A model generated the notes under the pieces. It ran no database searches. It had not been told where the DNA came from and saw only the letters and a program-made list of their open reading frames with translations. From Chara braunii (lineage: Eukaryota > Plantae > Charophyceae), in assembly GCA_003427395.1 (NCBI GenBank), contig BFEA01000035.1, positions 2,322,252 to 2,386,251 on the forward strand: DNA of 64,000 nt, read 5' to 3'. The translations under genes and the position numbers were made by a program. Shown piece after piece: positions 38,101 through 50,990 of the stretch (the first letter of the stretch is position 1; the number at the start of each line of letters is the position of its first letter).

Positions 38101-41100
38101 AGAGAGAGGGAGAAAGAGACTGCTCACCTGGGACAGGCAACGAGGGGGAGTTCACCTGCAGTTCGAGCAGCCGGACTTTGCAGTGTTTCGGTAGCCCATC
38201 TCATGTCCCATGATTCGTCCACGTTCTTCTGGTAGGCTAGTTGGTGAGGTGTGCCTACGTACACTCAGGCCATCACTCCCTGTGACTGCTCGTTACACCT
38301 GTCACCTAGATGAACTTGCCTGGAAACCATACGCTGCCCAAAAGGACTAGGCCCTGCACGTCTGAGTGTGACCGTTTTACTATGAGGGCTGCACCGGATG
38401 GTCGCAGCAGCCCTGAAGCTAGCATGAATCTGGTGATGCCAATAGCTGCCTGGGATATATTTGCGTACTCATGTTGAGGGTGAGAGTCCATCTTGTCTTG
38501 GAGCATAGACCGAGGAGTTCAGCGAGCTGCAAGTTGAAGGTATCGCAACAGTGAAAATCGAACGTACGTATTCCTCCACACTCTACCGGAAGATTCTTCC
38601 GAGTTTTGTTCATCCTATCGATACAAACTGCGTGAGATGAGCAACGGGGTTGGAGACTTGCCGATTGACTAGTGTGTTGCTTGTCCTTTTAGCCTGCGCA
38701 ACAAACAGGCTAGTCGTGAAGGGGTAGGCCTAGCTGTTTGCCGATGCGCTGCCCAGGCTGCCGCACGGAGGGGCAAGGTCGCAGACTTACCTCGGGGTCG
38801 GTGCTCTGCTCATTCCACTAAGGCGATGTAGATTTAGACTAACCGAAGGGGCTGCAGGCCTAGCTATTAGCCAGGGAGATGTTCATCACACCGGGTAACC
38901 AGTTGCAGACGAACAGCAAGGGCGAGGTAATGAAAGTCCAGCCGGTGGGCTACAAACTACTTATGGGCTGGTGTGTGACTGAAGTAGCTCGAGGAAAATG
39001 TGAGGTTGCACGCCTTTCCATAGCCAACGTACCTGGGGCTACGAGATCAATAGAATGACTGAGTTTTTGAAGGGAAGATATTGCTGCAAATTGGAAGGGT
39101 TGTCAGGAAGTCAACAGTTGAAAGTTGAGAGTTGACCTCGGTTTAACCAAGTTGCTGTATATTTTGGCTACCATTGTGGGCCCCTCAGGCGATGAAGTTA
39201 ACAAGGCCCTCTCCTGGGAGTTGAGTTTGTCCCCCTCATGTATCTCGAGAGTCTGAAACCATTCCTTCCGCCCTTCTTAATCTCATCCTGGTTACGAGAG
39301 AAAGGCGGCAGGCGGGAGTGCAACCCATAGGACCGCAGCAAGACTATGTGGGGAGTCAGCCCACCGATTGTGGGAGCTCTGCCGGAACTAAGGAGGAGTT
39401 ATGGAGGCAGGGAATTGAAAAGTAACCATTGTTTCCCCTCTATAAACCCAGTTATAACCCTTATCTGTATTCCTTGTTACATTTTGACTGAATATACTGC
39501 ATGCCCAATTACTTTGACTTTATGTTTGACTTTTATGACAAAACCAGACTAAGTAAAAGAATGTATGCGTAATGTCAGTTCCAGTTTTCATTGTTTGACT
39601 GAAAGCAGATTGTGGGATTGCATCTAGGGGAAGGATGAAAGAAATGTTGTATTGCTTGTGTCTGACTGGGTTAACCAAAGGCTGGGCAAGTCTCCATAAG
39701 TTTGGGGAGGCCCAGTGCTATGTTTATGTTGAATTGCTTGGAGAACCAGACATGTTCCATAAGTTTGGGTGGTCTGGTTGCTCCGATTTGTGAGGCCTAA
39801 CTGTGATTGACTTTCAGGGACCAAGCATGTTTTATAAGTTTGGGTGTCTTGGTCGCCTTGTTTACTTCGGGTTTCTTTTAGTTTCTTTAGTTTCTGAATG
39901 ATGAGGTATGAGCATGTTCCATAAGTTTGGGTGGATCATCCTCTTCCTGCTTTGGTTTAAGAGAAATGAACCAGGCTGAGGACCAAGACATGTTCCATAA
40001 GTTTGGAAGGTCTTGGTCCAACGCCACGCACATGCTGGAACCAAAAGGTTATAATTTGGCTATACTTTACTACTATTCTATCTATGAACAGGCTAGTCAG
40101 ACACGGTTCCATAAGTTTGGGTGGTCTGACTATAGTTTATCACCAACTGAACAAAGTACTAATTAAGAATAAATTTGTAGTACGAAGGGGCAAACTAAAT
40201 CTTGAGCTAAAGATGATCGGTTCAGTTGTATGCTACCTTAAAAGACTAAGTGCAAATAATTATATAAAGTTGGTATACTAAAACACTTCAGAGCGACTAG
40301 GGTGGTCTAGTCATATGCCCAAAGAAGAGAAAAATTATTGTGCCCTGTGTTTGTGTATACTCCATGGCTGAGATAAACATGTTCCATAAGTTTGGGTGGT
40401 CTAGCTTTATGCCCTATGTAAGATGGGTATAAAGGGATAAATCATTGAGAGACTATGAACTATTGTTTGATAAATTGACTTGGGATGGTGAGAGTACTTA
40501 CCTTTGTGGTTTGACCTACATGAGACTGAGTGCGACTACTACTTAGTCTGAGTTTCAGTTGATAGGTAGTTGCTTTAGTTGCTCGCCACGTGCTAGAGTC
40601 ATAGGAGTTAGTTTCAATTCCTGCATTTTTCTGAGTTAAGTTTTTTTTTACTTAGGTCAATTTTTGCGTTTTCTGGGATCTTTTATTATACTTGGGCATG
40701 TATAAATCTTGGTAAGTCACTTTCTCTACAGGCAGCGCTGCCGAAATTTCTACAAAACTAAGGAGTTAGTCAAATTTTATTTTTTTTCACGGTCTAGTTT
40801 TTTTGACTTTTTGACTTAGTAAAAATATGGGGAACCTCTTTTTCTGAAGGGGGTGTTGCCTAAATTTTTGCTAATTCAGGGAGTTGGACAAAATTAGACC
40901 TTGAGAAGTCAAATTCATTTTAAACTCTGAACTTAGCTTTGTATAAATCTTGGAATAACACTTTCCCTACGGGAAGCGCTGCCGATATTTCTACAAATCT
41001 AAGGGGTCAATTGAATTTTGTTTTGAAGTCGAACTCAAGTTTAGCTTTCTAGTTCCCATCTTGGCGTAGTAAAAATATGGAAAAACTTCTTTTCTATAGG

Positions 41101-43046
41101 GAGTGCTGCCCAAATTTTTACTACTTCAGAGAGTTGAACAAAATTTGACTTTCCAGAATTAGAGATTGTTTTTTGTTTTCATATTTGAGTAAGTATAAAT
41201 TTTGAGAAGACATTTTTCCTACGGGAAGCGCTGCCGAAATTTTCTTAGTTTAAAGAAGTTAGATTATATTTTGACATGTGACAATCCTGAAAAATTCACT
41301 CTGTATAGAAGAGATTCTGCCAGAGTCTATCTTTCTTTTGACACTTGCTTAGAGGTAGACTCAAACTTAGTTAAATAAAATGATTTTGAGCAAGATCGTG
41401 ATATGAAGATTATTCTCCATAGACTTATAGGTTTAGCTTGGGGATTGACCTGTCTTGTGTTACAGGTCCTCTTGATCATTTGATTCAAGATTTGGACTAG
41501 ATTCAACTTGATCCTGCAGGGATATTCTTTTGTTATCACTAATAACAGGTCGGTTGTCGATTCGTCGGTTTACAACTCAACTCCAATCCACTCTTGCCAC
41601 TCAACTTAAAGGTTTTAGCCTTATGATTTGAATTGTTGTGTTGTGTTTTCGGTCGGACTTTATTTGAATGGCCATTTAAAGAAAAGTACTGAGTATTTTA
41701 TTTTGAGGAGTTGCACAAGAGTGAGGCTTGCATGATTAAAACGAGGGGTATGGGTGCAAAAAATGGTTGAAGTTGACCACGTGTAGCGCATGAACTTTTG
41801 GTTGAATCTTTGATGTGATTGCATGTATGTTTTGTGGTTCGGACTTTGGAGTGACTGTCTGCGATCATATACATATATATGGCTGAGAGGAGTTCCACTG
41901 TGATTGTGAGAAGTGATCGTCACATATTTATAACCCTCTCTATATATGTAAATAAATATGTCCTGAGTGTTTCGCGCGGCTTACTGTGATCGCGAGTAAG
42001 GGTTAAACATATTATGTTTTTGAGAGAAAATGGGAGATCCCCTGCTATCCTTTGCTTTTTAGAGTTTCTATGGTTGGACGTTGTAATCTGTGGCAGCCGT
42101 CAAACTTAAACCCCTTAATTTCTCTCCGGACCCTAGATGATGAAGCTGGTCTACCGGACGATAATAGACGATTGCCTCTACCGATATGAACCTGTGTACC
42201 ACCCACTCTCCACAGGGTGTAGAAGAGGGTGTGGTTTTCAACCGCACTTGGTGGTTGTCCAACGCCGAGAGATCAATCCCTCAAGGCGCATGTCAGCCGA
42301 CATATGAGTGTCGAATGTGACCCTCGAGATTAACGAGGACCACATGAGTATAGGTACTACATAGTACGCCATCATTGCGATCGCTTGCGTATGCTTGCAT
42401 TGCAAGTCGATATGAGGTTAGCCCTGCGTCCGCGCGGTTTTATACTAAGTCGCGCGCGCAACGCCTACTCGATTTTCGCATCGGAGAGTTATGGGATGAC
42501 TACTAAGGGACTAGGAATGTTGTCGAGTTGTTTGTTCTGTGTCGTTCTGTATATGTATGTGTATGTGCGTGTGTTTTTATTTTTATGTTCTTTAGAGTGG
42601 TGTACGAGTGGTGTGTGGGATGCGTCCTAGTCGACCGATGACGAGTCGCGCTTGGGACCTCAGCCCCCCAAGACGTCGGTTCGTGTGCGGGTCCGATAGA
42701 GGCGTAAAACCACGAGTACCCCCAATGCTACAGTGAACGAGAAACGCCCTCAGCTGGTCCACCTCTGCGATTGCAGCTGATTAACTTTCGTACTGTGGAC
42801 TGGTAGCTCGGCGGGGATACGCCCACCGAAGCGAGGTGACAACTCCCGGAAGGTGGAGGTAAGTCGTGCCTCGCGTAGGTCCTATCCTGTCGTAGGGGTT
42901 CGCGAGAGGTATGGCTGGCGCACTCAGGCGGAGCGGCTTGCGGAAGCTCCATGTGTATTCACGACGAGGAATAGACCAACTCCTACGTGACGAGGCCGGG
43001 AGGGTCCCGCCTCGCCTTGGGCAGTGCCGGACCGATGTGCTCGATA
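35153..43046 (+). mobile_element. Solo LTR (~7.9 kb) of a sister subfamily inserted in gag
   Basis: Starts TGTCGGTGCGAATACCC, ends GATGTGCTCGATA; flanked by GCGT/GCGC; no PBS; removing it restores the gag frame (SKA-LHKQCNLTQGGQ). The middle part is strongly diverged from the other LTRs. Confidence 0.9.
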
Positions 43047-45362
43047 GCGCTGCACAAACAGTGCAATTTAACTCAGGGAGGGCAAAACTCCGGAAAGGGG
43101 CAGGCGCCCCAAGCAATGGTAGTAGCCTTGCCGAGTACGTCGGCCCCGTCAAGTAGCGAGGGACCTCGCAAGCGGCAGGACCACCATATGGGCAGTGGCC
43201 ATGACCTGTGTTTAACACCTTCGTGCTATGGGGAAGTCCAACTCTGTCTGGATAAATGGTACCATATACAGGGTCCCAGGCGAATATGCCGCCGTCGAGC
43301 TATCCTGCGGCGCAGGCCCAGCCCATGGCACCACCTCCATCGCCCGCGCCAAGTTCACAAGGTAGTGTGGCAGGGGGAGGAAATCAAGGCCAGGGCAACC
43401 AGGGGAATGGAGGAAGAGGTGGCGGAAGAGGACGAGGCATGAATGGCGGTGGCTGAGGTGGACAATGGGATAATCAAGGTTACCAAGGCCAAGGGAGCCA
43501 AGGGAATCAGGGAGGTCAAGGATATGGAAGACCTTGTTTTGACTGGCGAACCGCTATCTGTCAGCATTGTGACAAGCAAGGTCACACAATACGGTTCTGC
43601 AACATAAGGCGGGAAGATGAGAAGTCCGGGCTGATCTATTCTAATATGGATGGCGACATATATGATCAGTTCGGGGAGTATATTGACTGAAAGGTTCCAA
43701 GGGGAGTGAGGGCAGAAGCTCAGAGAAGGATAGCTGCGCGACAAGCGCTACCTGCCACGTTCAAGTTGAGAAGGAAAGGGATGACCCACCAATATGGGTG
43801 GAAGAGGTGGAAGGTGATGAAGAGGTGACTTAGAGGCTACATACAGGAAGTATAAAGGAAAAACCTAGACGGAGAGGGCGAAGATGAGAAAGTGGAGCCA
43901 GCATCAGTCCTATTAGGAAAGATGGAGGACTTGTGGCACAAAATGAGAAGATACCAGTGAAAGTTGGTGGATATATGTGAAGAAATAAAGGAATGAAGGG
44001 CCAAAATCCCCAAAGTCTTCCTCTACGAATCCGGTCCAGAGTCGGTACCGGGACGACAAGGATACCCGGTGTGGCCACCGTGGGGTCAGACCCCTGATCT
44101 GGAATGACCTTTCGGCCCCCTACTGTGCAAGGGAGGATGGCGCAAGCTGCACAAACAAGGGGCCGGAGTAAGGCAAGTGCTAACCGAGAACCCCCGCTGA
44201 GGGAGCCAGAGCAGGAACGAAGGAAAGAGGTCGTGGAGGTGGAGGAGGACGATGACGAGGAATAACAAAATGATAGGTTGCGCCAAGAGGAGGATCGAAG
44301 GGCGGAGCAAAGGGCCAAGAAGAGGGGAGCCCAGGAGGAAGCCGAGCCGATTCTGCGCGATGCGGCGCCGAAGAAAAAACAGTATGAGGTCCGATTAGAG
44401 GAAAGGCTTGACGTGGAAAAAGTGATTGATAAGTCGCTTGAAGGTCATAATGACCTTGTGACCTTGAGGGAGATTTGACATCTGCTCATAAGCTCCGTCA
44501 TGAGTTGAAGGGAAGGTTTTCCCGACGTTTAGTGCCAAATGCCCATCTAAGTGTGATCCTGCCAAAGGAGGAAGAATAAGTGGAAACTGGGATGAAGATG
44601 GACTGAAAGTGTGTGGCCTGCGAAATGGTAGATTTAGTGATAAAAGGATCAAAGTGTGCAGCAATTGTGGATACAGGGGCAGAGATGAACATCATCAGGG
44701 AGGCTGATGCACTCAGGTTTGGGTTGGAGATAAACCACTCGGATTGCGACATTCTGCACGGGACCAATTGCAAGGCCGTATTTTGTGGAACAGCGTCTAA
44801 CGTGCTTATCGAAATCGGGAGAGTAAAGGCCACAGCTTGCTTCTTCGTCATGCCAAACATGGATCATGCCATCCTCCTAGGGAGATTGTTCCTATATAGG
44901 ACAGAGACGTTGATGTTCTACAAACACGACGGAACTCTGATCCTGATCCTGTGTGACCCGACGTGCGGGAACTATGAGATAATTACTTGTCGGAACACAG
45001 ACCCGCGAAGCATAAGGAACCGACCCAAGTCTGGTTCATTCACGATTGAAGAGTCAAAGGACGAGCGTCGGAGGTTCCGTGAGGAACCACAAGAGGAGGC
45101 ACAAGAGAAGGTATTTTCCCTCAGCCTATCCGATGTGAACAAGGCCATGGATATAGTGGCCACACATGAGATGGCGGATCCAGACGCCATTCACGCACTC
45201 AGGGAGCAAGTCCTGGAATGTCCCCAGGCTGGGGAAGTAGAGCTGATCTATCGGCTTCCGGGCGGAAGGAGGGACCCTGCAATGATGCAGGCGCAAGTAG
45301 TAAGCCGACCTTTTTTAGGGGACGGCTCAAGAAGGGTTCTCAAAGACGATAAAAGACGATAG
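43047..45362 (+). pseudogene. gag C-terminal part plus aspartic protease
   Basis: Gly/Gln-rich tract, CCHC knuckle CQHCDKQGHTIRFC (~43558-43600), protease motif AIVDTGAEMNII and ILLGR; stops and frameshifts. Confidence 0.9.
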
Positions 45363-48247
45363 ACAAAAAATGCCGCCTAGTTCCCGTTCTCGTCATAGAA
45401 GATGGGGAGGTTTATTACAAACAGGAACGAGGATTGATACGGCGAATGAGGGAGCAAACGGCAGTTGGGCCGTGCCGTATCAATTCAGGGAACGAAGGAA
45501 AGTTAATAGTGGGGGAGCCCGATTTCCTGCTACCTCAGAAAAGGATGCTGATGATAGAGCTAATAAAGAAGAGGTATCGCGCCTATGCCTTCGATGACGA
45601 TCAGTGCGGGAGATCGGATTTAGATAAAATTCCTATGATCCGAATCCATACCGTGCCACATGAGCCATGAAATTTGAGGGGGGCGCGGTATCCTAACCCT
45701 GACGAGGAGAAGAAGGTGGTAGACTATCACGGTGGCAAAATACGTACGCATGTCGCCGATTATTCGAGTGGGCTGTATGCGTCTCTGTGGTTTTGCTTTG
45801 TCAAACCTAATGAGACGTTGCGGTGGGTGCAAGACTTGCAGCGGTTGAACACTGTGACTGTGCGAGATGCGGGGGGCTTGCCAAACGCCGACATGCTGTC
45901 CGAGTCATGTGATGGGAGACCTATAATTTCACCTATAGACCTCTACTCCGGATACAACCAATTTCCGGTCTACCCACCAGACAGACCAGTGACAGCGATG
46001 CATACGCTCCGAGGATTGATTCACATGAATGTAGCTCCGCAAGGATGGACTAATGAGGTGGCAATGGTTCAACGACATATGATTCGAGTCATGCAGTCAG
46101 TCAACACTCATATCACTCAACCATATATCGACGACTTGGCGGTAAAGAGGCTGAGAGAGAAAGAGAGTGACGAAGTCTTGCCAAGTGTAAGGCATTTTAT
46201 TTGGAAGCATGTTGAGGATCTTGATAAAGTCATGGGTTTGCTTAAGGAGCACAACCTTACGACAAGTGATGCCAAGTCCGGACACTTCATGAGGGAGGCT
46301 TCCATCCTGGGGTTCATCTGTAGTGAGAATGACCGTCGACCAGATGTAAAGAAGACGGACAAAATTGTTGAAGGACCAGTACCATTCCACTCGATAACAG
46401 ATGTTAGGAGCTTCCTCAGCACGTGTGGGTTTATGAGAACCTTCGTTAAGAATTTTGATGCCAAAACTGAGCACTTGAGGAAACTGGTACGTCAGGATCA
46501 GGAATGGGTCTGGGGTGAGGAGCAGGAAAGGGCTGTAGCAGGGATGAAGGAGTAGTTTCGAGAAGGAGGGTTGGTATTGGGAGCATCGGACTAAGAAACT
46601 ACAAAAGTGAGACCGTTCATCGTTGAGATGGACGCTGGACTGACTGCCTTAGGGGGAGTCTTGATTCAGGCAGATATCGAGGGGAAGAAAAAACCACTAA
46701 GGTTCAAGAGCCGAACTCTTTGTATGACTGAGAGAAATTACTCTCAGTTTACAAGAGAGAATCTCGCGGTCCTACACTGCCTGAGGATTTTTCGAAATTA
46801 TATCTTTGGCAGAAGATTCATATTGAGGGTAGACCCAACAGCGCTCGCTTTTTCGCTGAGAAATTACACTCCATCAGATTCAACTGTCGCCAGATGACCA
46901 ACATATATCTGGATGTTTAATTTCGAATTGGAATGGATTCCAGGGGATAAGAATATGACAGATGGACCAAGTCGCATCAACTGGGATAATAAAAAGGGAG
47001 AGACAATAGAGAACCCACCCCCGGTTGATGACTTCTTAGATCAGGAGGAAGATGTCCGCCTTCACATTAACAAGTGGTCTCTGCGGGTGCCGAATTGCAT
47101 TGACCATCCCATTTGGCTTGCACCGAAGGGATATGAGCAAAAGGCAGAGCTGGTGCTCAAGCCTTTTGAGGAAGAGGACCCATGGGGTGGCAAAGATGTC
47201 CAGTGGATGATGAAGTTGACGCTGACAGGCGAGCATAGTCTGGTGGAGGAAGTGAAAACGATAGAAGAAGGGTCAAACCAGGTAGAGAAGCACAAGGAGT
47301 TGATTGGGGGAATGTATCTGCTCGTCAATACACTTTTGCAAGGGAATTTTGATCAAGTAAACTCGCTGAATCCGGCTGAGAATAAAGATACTGTGTCGGA
47401 GAGCCAGGATGACGAGTTTGAGGAAGTGGAGATCAAAGAAGCGTTCCGTGCAGAGGAGTATGATGAGATCTACCTGGAGCTGAGACTTCTCTTATCATGT
47501 GAGATGCGGGATAGGGATGCTAGCGAAAGGGCTCAAAAGATGAGGCAGCTCTACCTAGTAAGAGATGATCATCTCTTTATAAAAAGGCAAGTAGGGCGAC
47601 CTAGGAGGGTTGTATAGGGGAAGAACCGTCAAATCGATGTTATAGCCGTGCTTCATGATGGCATTGCAGGGGGGTATCGAGGAATTAATGTCACGTATGC
47701 CAAGATAAGTGAGCTATACTATTGGGATGGGATGATGAAGATGATCAGCAAGTTCTGCCGTTCCTGTATACCTTGTCAAGAAAGGGCTCCTTAGAGGCTA
47801 GGAGAGCCACGACATCTAAGGTTAGAGAGGGAAGTGAGTGTCGTGGTACATCTCGACTTACTGTTTATGTCGATTGGGGATCATGGTTACAATTACATCT
47901 TCGATGCGCGAGACAACCTTTCTGGCTTTGTAGATGGTCACGCCATTCGTACAAAGATCAGCTAAGTGTTGGTAAGCTACATCGAGGAGTACTACCTGCG
48001 TTATCCCTTCGTCAAGGAATTCGTGATGGATAAAGAAGATGTCGTACTGATATATGACTCGTCCCTAGAGAAGCAGTGGTCCAGGAAGCTTGACAAAAGG
48101 TAATTAGGACCCTACCGGATTGTGCGATGCGAGGATTTCGGCGCATATCAGATTGAGGAGCTGGATGAAACAGAGTGGAAGGATTGGGTATCAGGAACGA
48201 GGCTGAAAAAGTTTGTGGCAAAAGAAGAGGTGAGACAAACGATTTAA
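45311..48247 (+). pseudogene. pol: pol: reverse transcriptase, RNase H, integrase (internally deleted)
   Basis: LRWVQDLQRLN, IDLYSGYNQ, PQGWTN, YIDDL, VRSFL; RNase H FIVEMDAG..ERNYSQ..FILRVDP; integrase H..GG..G..YYW..CRSCIPCQ, VHLDL and C-terminal GPY motif; multiple stops. Confidence 0.93.
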
Positions 48248-48448
48248 CCTCCTTATGGTAGGACCACTATGTATGTAGAAAAAGGTTGTAATGAGGTCTT
48301 AGAAAGGAGTAAGACAGTAAAATGTATGGGTAGGGTATGTGTATTTAGTTTGATCTGAGCTTGCTATGTCACGCATGTTTGCTCACCCTTGTTGTGTGTC
48401 TGTTGTCTTTTTCGCCTGTTGTGCAGGTTTGACTTTTCGAAGACAGCC

Positions 48449-50990
48449 ATGCCAAGGGGAGGGAGGGAGACACGGCCACCACGGAGGCCATTGGGAGCTT
48501 CAGGGGGTTACGAGCGGCATGGGTCTCACCGGAGGGAGCACACGCCCGTGTATGACGACGGGGATATAGAACTCTTCCTGGACGAGTTTCGGGGATATGC
48601 GGAGCACTTGGGTGGACGGTGGCAGAGAGGATAGAGAGGTTGAGGGTAGTTGATCGATTTGAGGAGCCCATCGCGCAGATCCGTAGGGAGGCGAGGACTT
48701 GGCCAGACGTGGAGATGAGGATATAAGAGTTGAGACCGTCACCCATGGGACCAAACGGTGTGCCGATTCGCCTAGAGATTGAAAATGTGGAGGAGTTTAT
48801 CCCTGCTTTTGAGGATTTCATGCACGAAAGGAACATATTGAGGGATGAGTGGGCGCAGACACTACCTCTATGGACCAAGAAGGCGGAGAGACCATCGGCC
48901 CGTCAAATCAGAAATATGGCTCGAGACTGAGAGAGCTGGAGGGCACACCTGAGAGAGGCCTTTCGACGACCAGAGCCACCACAACCTAGGGTTGAGAGGC
49001 GGCAGAGGAGCAAGAGGCAGAGGGACCCTAAGCCCAGAGAGGCCATGCCATCTCGAGGAGGACGGAAGGCACTCGCCAGGCGGGAGGAGGAGTCAGTACC
49101 TGAGGCTGAGGAGCGAGGAGCATATCCTGACTGCGGACTTGGCCCGATGTTTTTTCATCGTTTCACTGGAGGGGGATTGAGAGGATCCCCTCAGCATGAG
49201 CGAGAGGAGGTGCCTCCACCCGGAGGAGCATTGCAGGAGTCGGAGGTACACCTGGACATTTTGCGATGGAGGGTGCCTCAGACTGACGAGAGACGCGATG
49301 ATCCAGCGGGAGGTGTACCACGAGAGGAGGTCCATGAACCAGTGCGAGAGGCGGAACGAGATGCTCAGGGAGGACGAGTAATAGAGGAGGTGATAAACGT
49401 TGGAGAGGATACTTCGCCTCGGACGTCGGCTCCAGAAACTGGACCTAAGATAATGCCAGATGTCGCACGAGAGGCAGGGGAGGAGCTCCAGCAGGGAGAG
49501 GCTCCACCACCTCTCCCATATGTGACTCTTTCGCCAGGGGTGAGGGTAGAGATGGAGCGAGAGAGGATTGGGTGGAGGAGAGAGGCCCTTTCTACGATTG
49601 ACAGGTATCTGGCTGCGCATGCTCAGGAGCACCCTGATATTGAGAGGCCTATGAAGCCACCACGGGAGCCACACCAGGCAGAGAGAGAGGCATTGGTCGA
49701 GATTCCGGAGAGAGAGGGTCATCGGACCAGAGGGAGAGCGCCAACAGGTAAGACAGCAGAGGAGAAACGGGCCAGGGTCGGGAAGCACGTAGAGGAGATT
49801 TGGGAGGAGAGGCAAAGATTGAAGGCGGCAGGGGCACTCCCAGTTCAACCACCTGACGCGCCCTCTAGACCATGTGGCTCCAGAGAGGGCAGGACTCGGG
49901 ACATCGAGGACGACGAATGAGTACCTGGACCGTAAGATCCGCTTCCTGGCCAAGACTTCTTTCAATAGGTATCTGATGTTGGAAGACGATCTAGTCAGAA
50001 AAAAAAATGAAGGGAGTGAGTCATGGAGTGCGTTTGGAGGCAGTTGAGGCAGAGGTCCGAGAGCTCAGGGCATTGGTGATTAGTCAATATGCCATTATCC
50101 AGGACTTGAGGCAGCAACCTCGAGATATGGCGACCAAGATGGAGAGGGAGGCACCTACCAAAATAGGGGATTGGACTGAAAGTAGACGCTATGACATCCA
50201 GAGTGAGGCACTCCAGGGTTTATTTCGGCCACCATATATGGCGGGTCCATCCCATGAGCCATCTATTGGGAAGGCCATCCTGGAGCTTGAGGAAGCAAAG
50301 GCGAAGAGGGAAGCAGAAAGGGAGGCCCTTGAAGTTAAGGCCCCTACTGAGCTTGCCGCCCAACTTATGACTTCTTCAAGGCCAGCGACGGAGTCCTCGA
50401 CACCACGAGCTGGAGACAGACCACGGACAACCGTCAGTGAACCTGCACTTGGATCTGACGAGGGGTCCATGAATGTGCTCCTTGAGGCAGTCGACACGAT
50501 GCAGGAGGAGGCGAGTCTGTTCATGCTCGAGCAGAGGGTGGAGGAGCCTAATGAGGGAGAGACAGTGGTTGCGATGGCGGATGTCTTCGAGGGCAGACCA
50601 CAAAGGTTAGATACGTCTGAGTACAGGCCTGAGGGAGTTGGAATACGGCTAGAGCCGAGTACTTAGGAATTGGAGACGAGACATGAGGAGCCTATGGGTA
50701 TGCCCCAATAGCATGAGGTGGCCAGGGAGGTTAGTAGGCACCATCATCGCCGGGATATCAGAAAAAAAAAAAAGAGGGACTGAAAATCGGGAGACTTATC
50801 TGGTTTCTTCTGCAAGGATGGGGAGGATAGGGCCTTGCAGTGTCCTAAATTCCTGAAGGACAAGGCAGCAGAGAAGGTTACTAAGAGTGGTGGGCGGATG
50901 CTTGACAGACAGGGTAGAGTGGTAGAGCGGACTGTCGATGGGGGTAGGGCTCAGCTATACAGGCAGAACCAGGAGGAGATGAGTGAGTAG
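48449..50990 (+). pseudogene. Extra ORF downstream of pol, Gag-like with a degenerate C-terminal zinc knuckle
   Basis: ATG at 48449 after a pyrimidine tract + TGCAG (48426); fragments MPRGGRETRP..VYDDGDIELFLDEF, ENVEEFIPAFEDFM..W, a coiled coil, then (C)FFCKDGE(H)RALQCPKF..YRQNQEEMSE*. Confidence 0.75.

Noticed and set aside
49093-49965. 290-aa minus-strand ORF
   Set aside because: Shadow of the purine-rich extra ORF on the plus strand.
48449-50990. env gene
   Set aside because: No signal peptide or transmembrane segment visible; the features are Gag-like.
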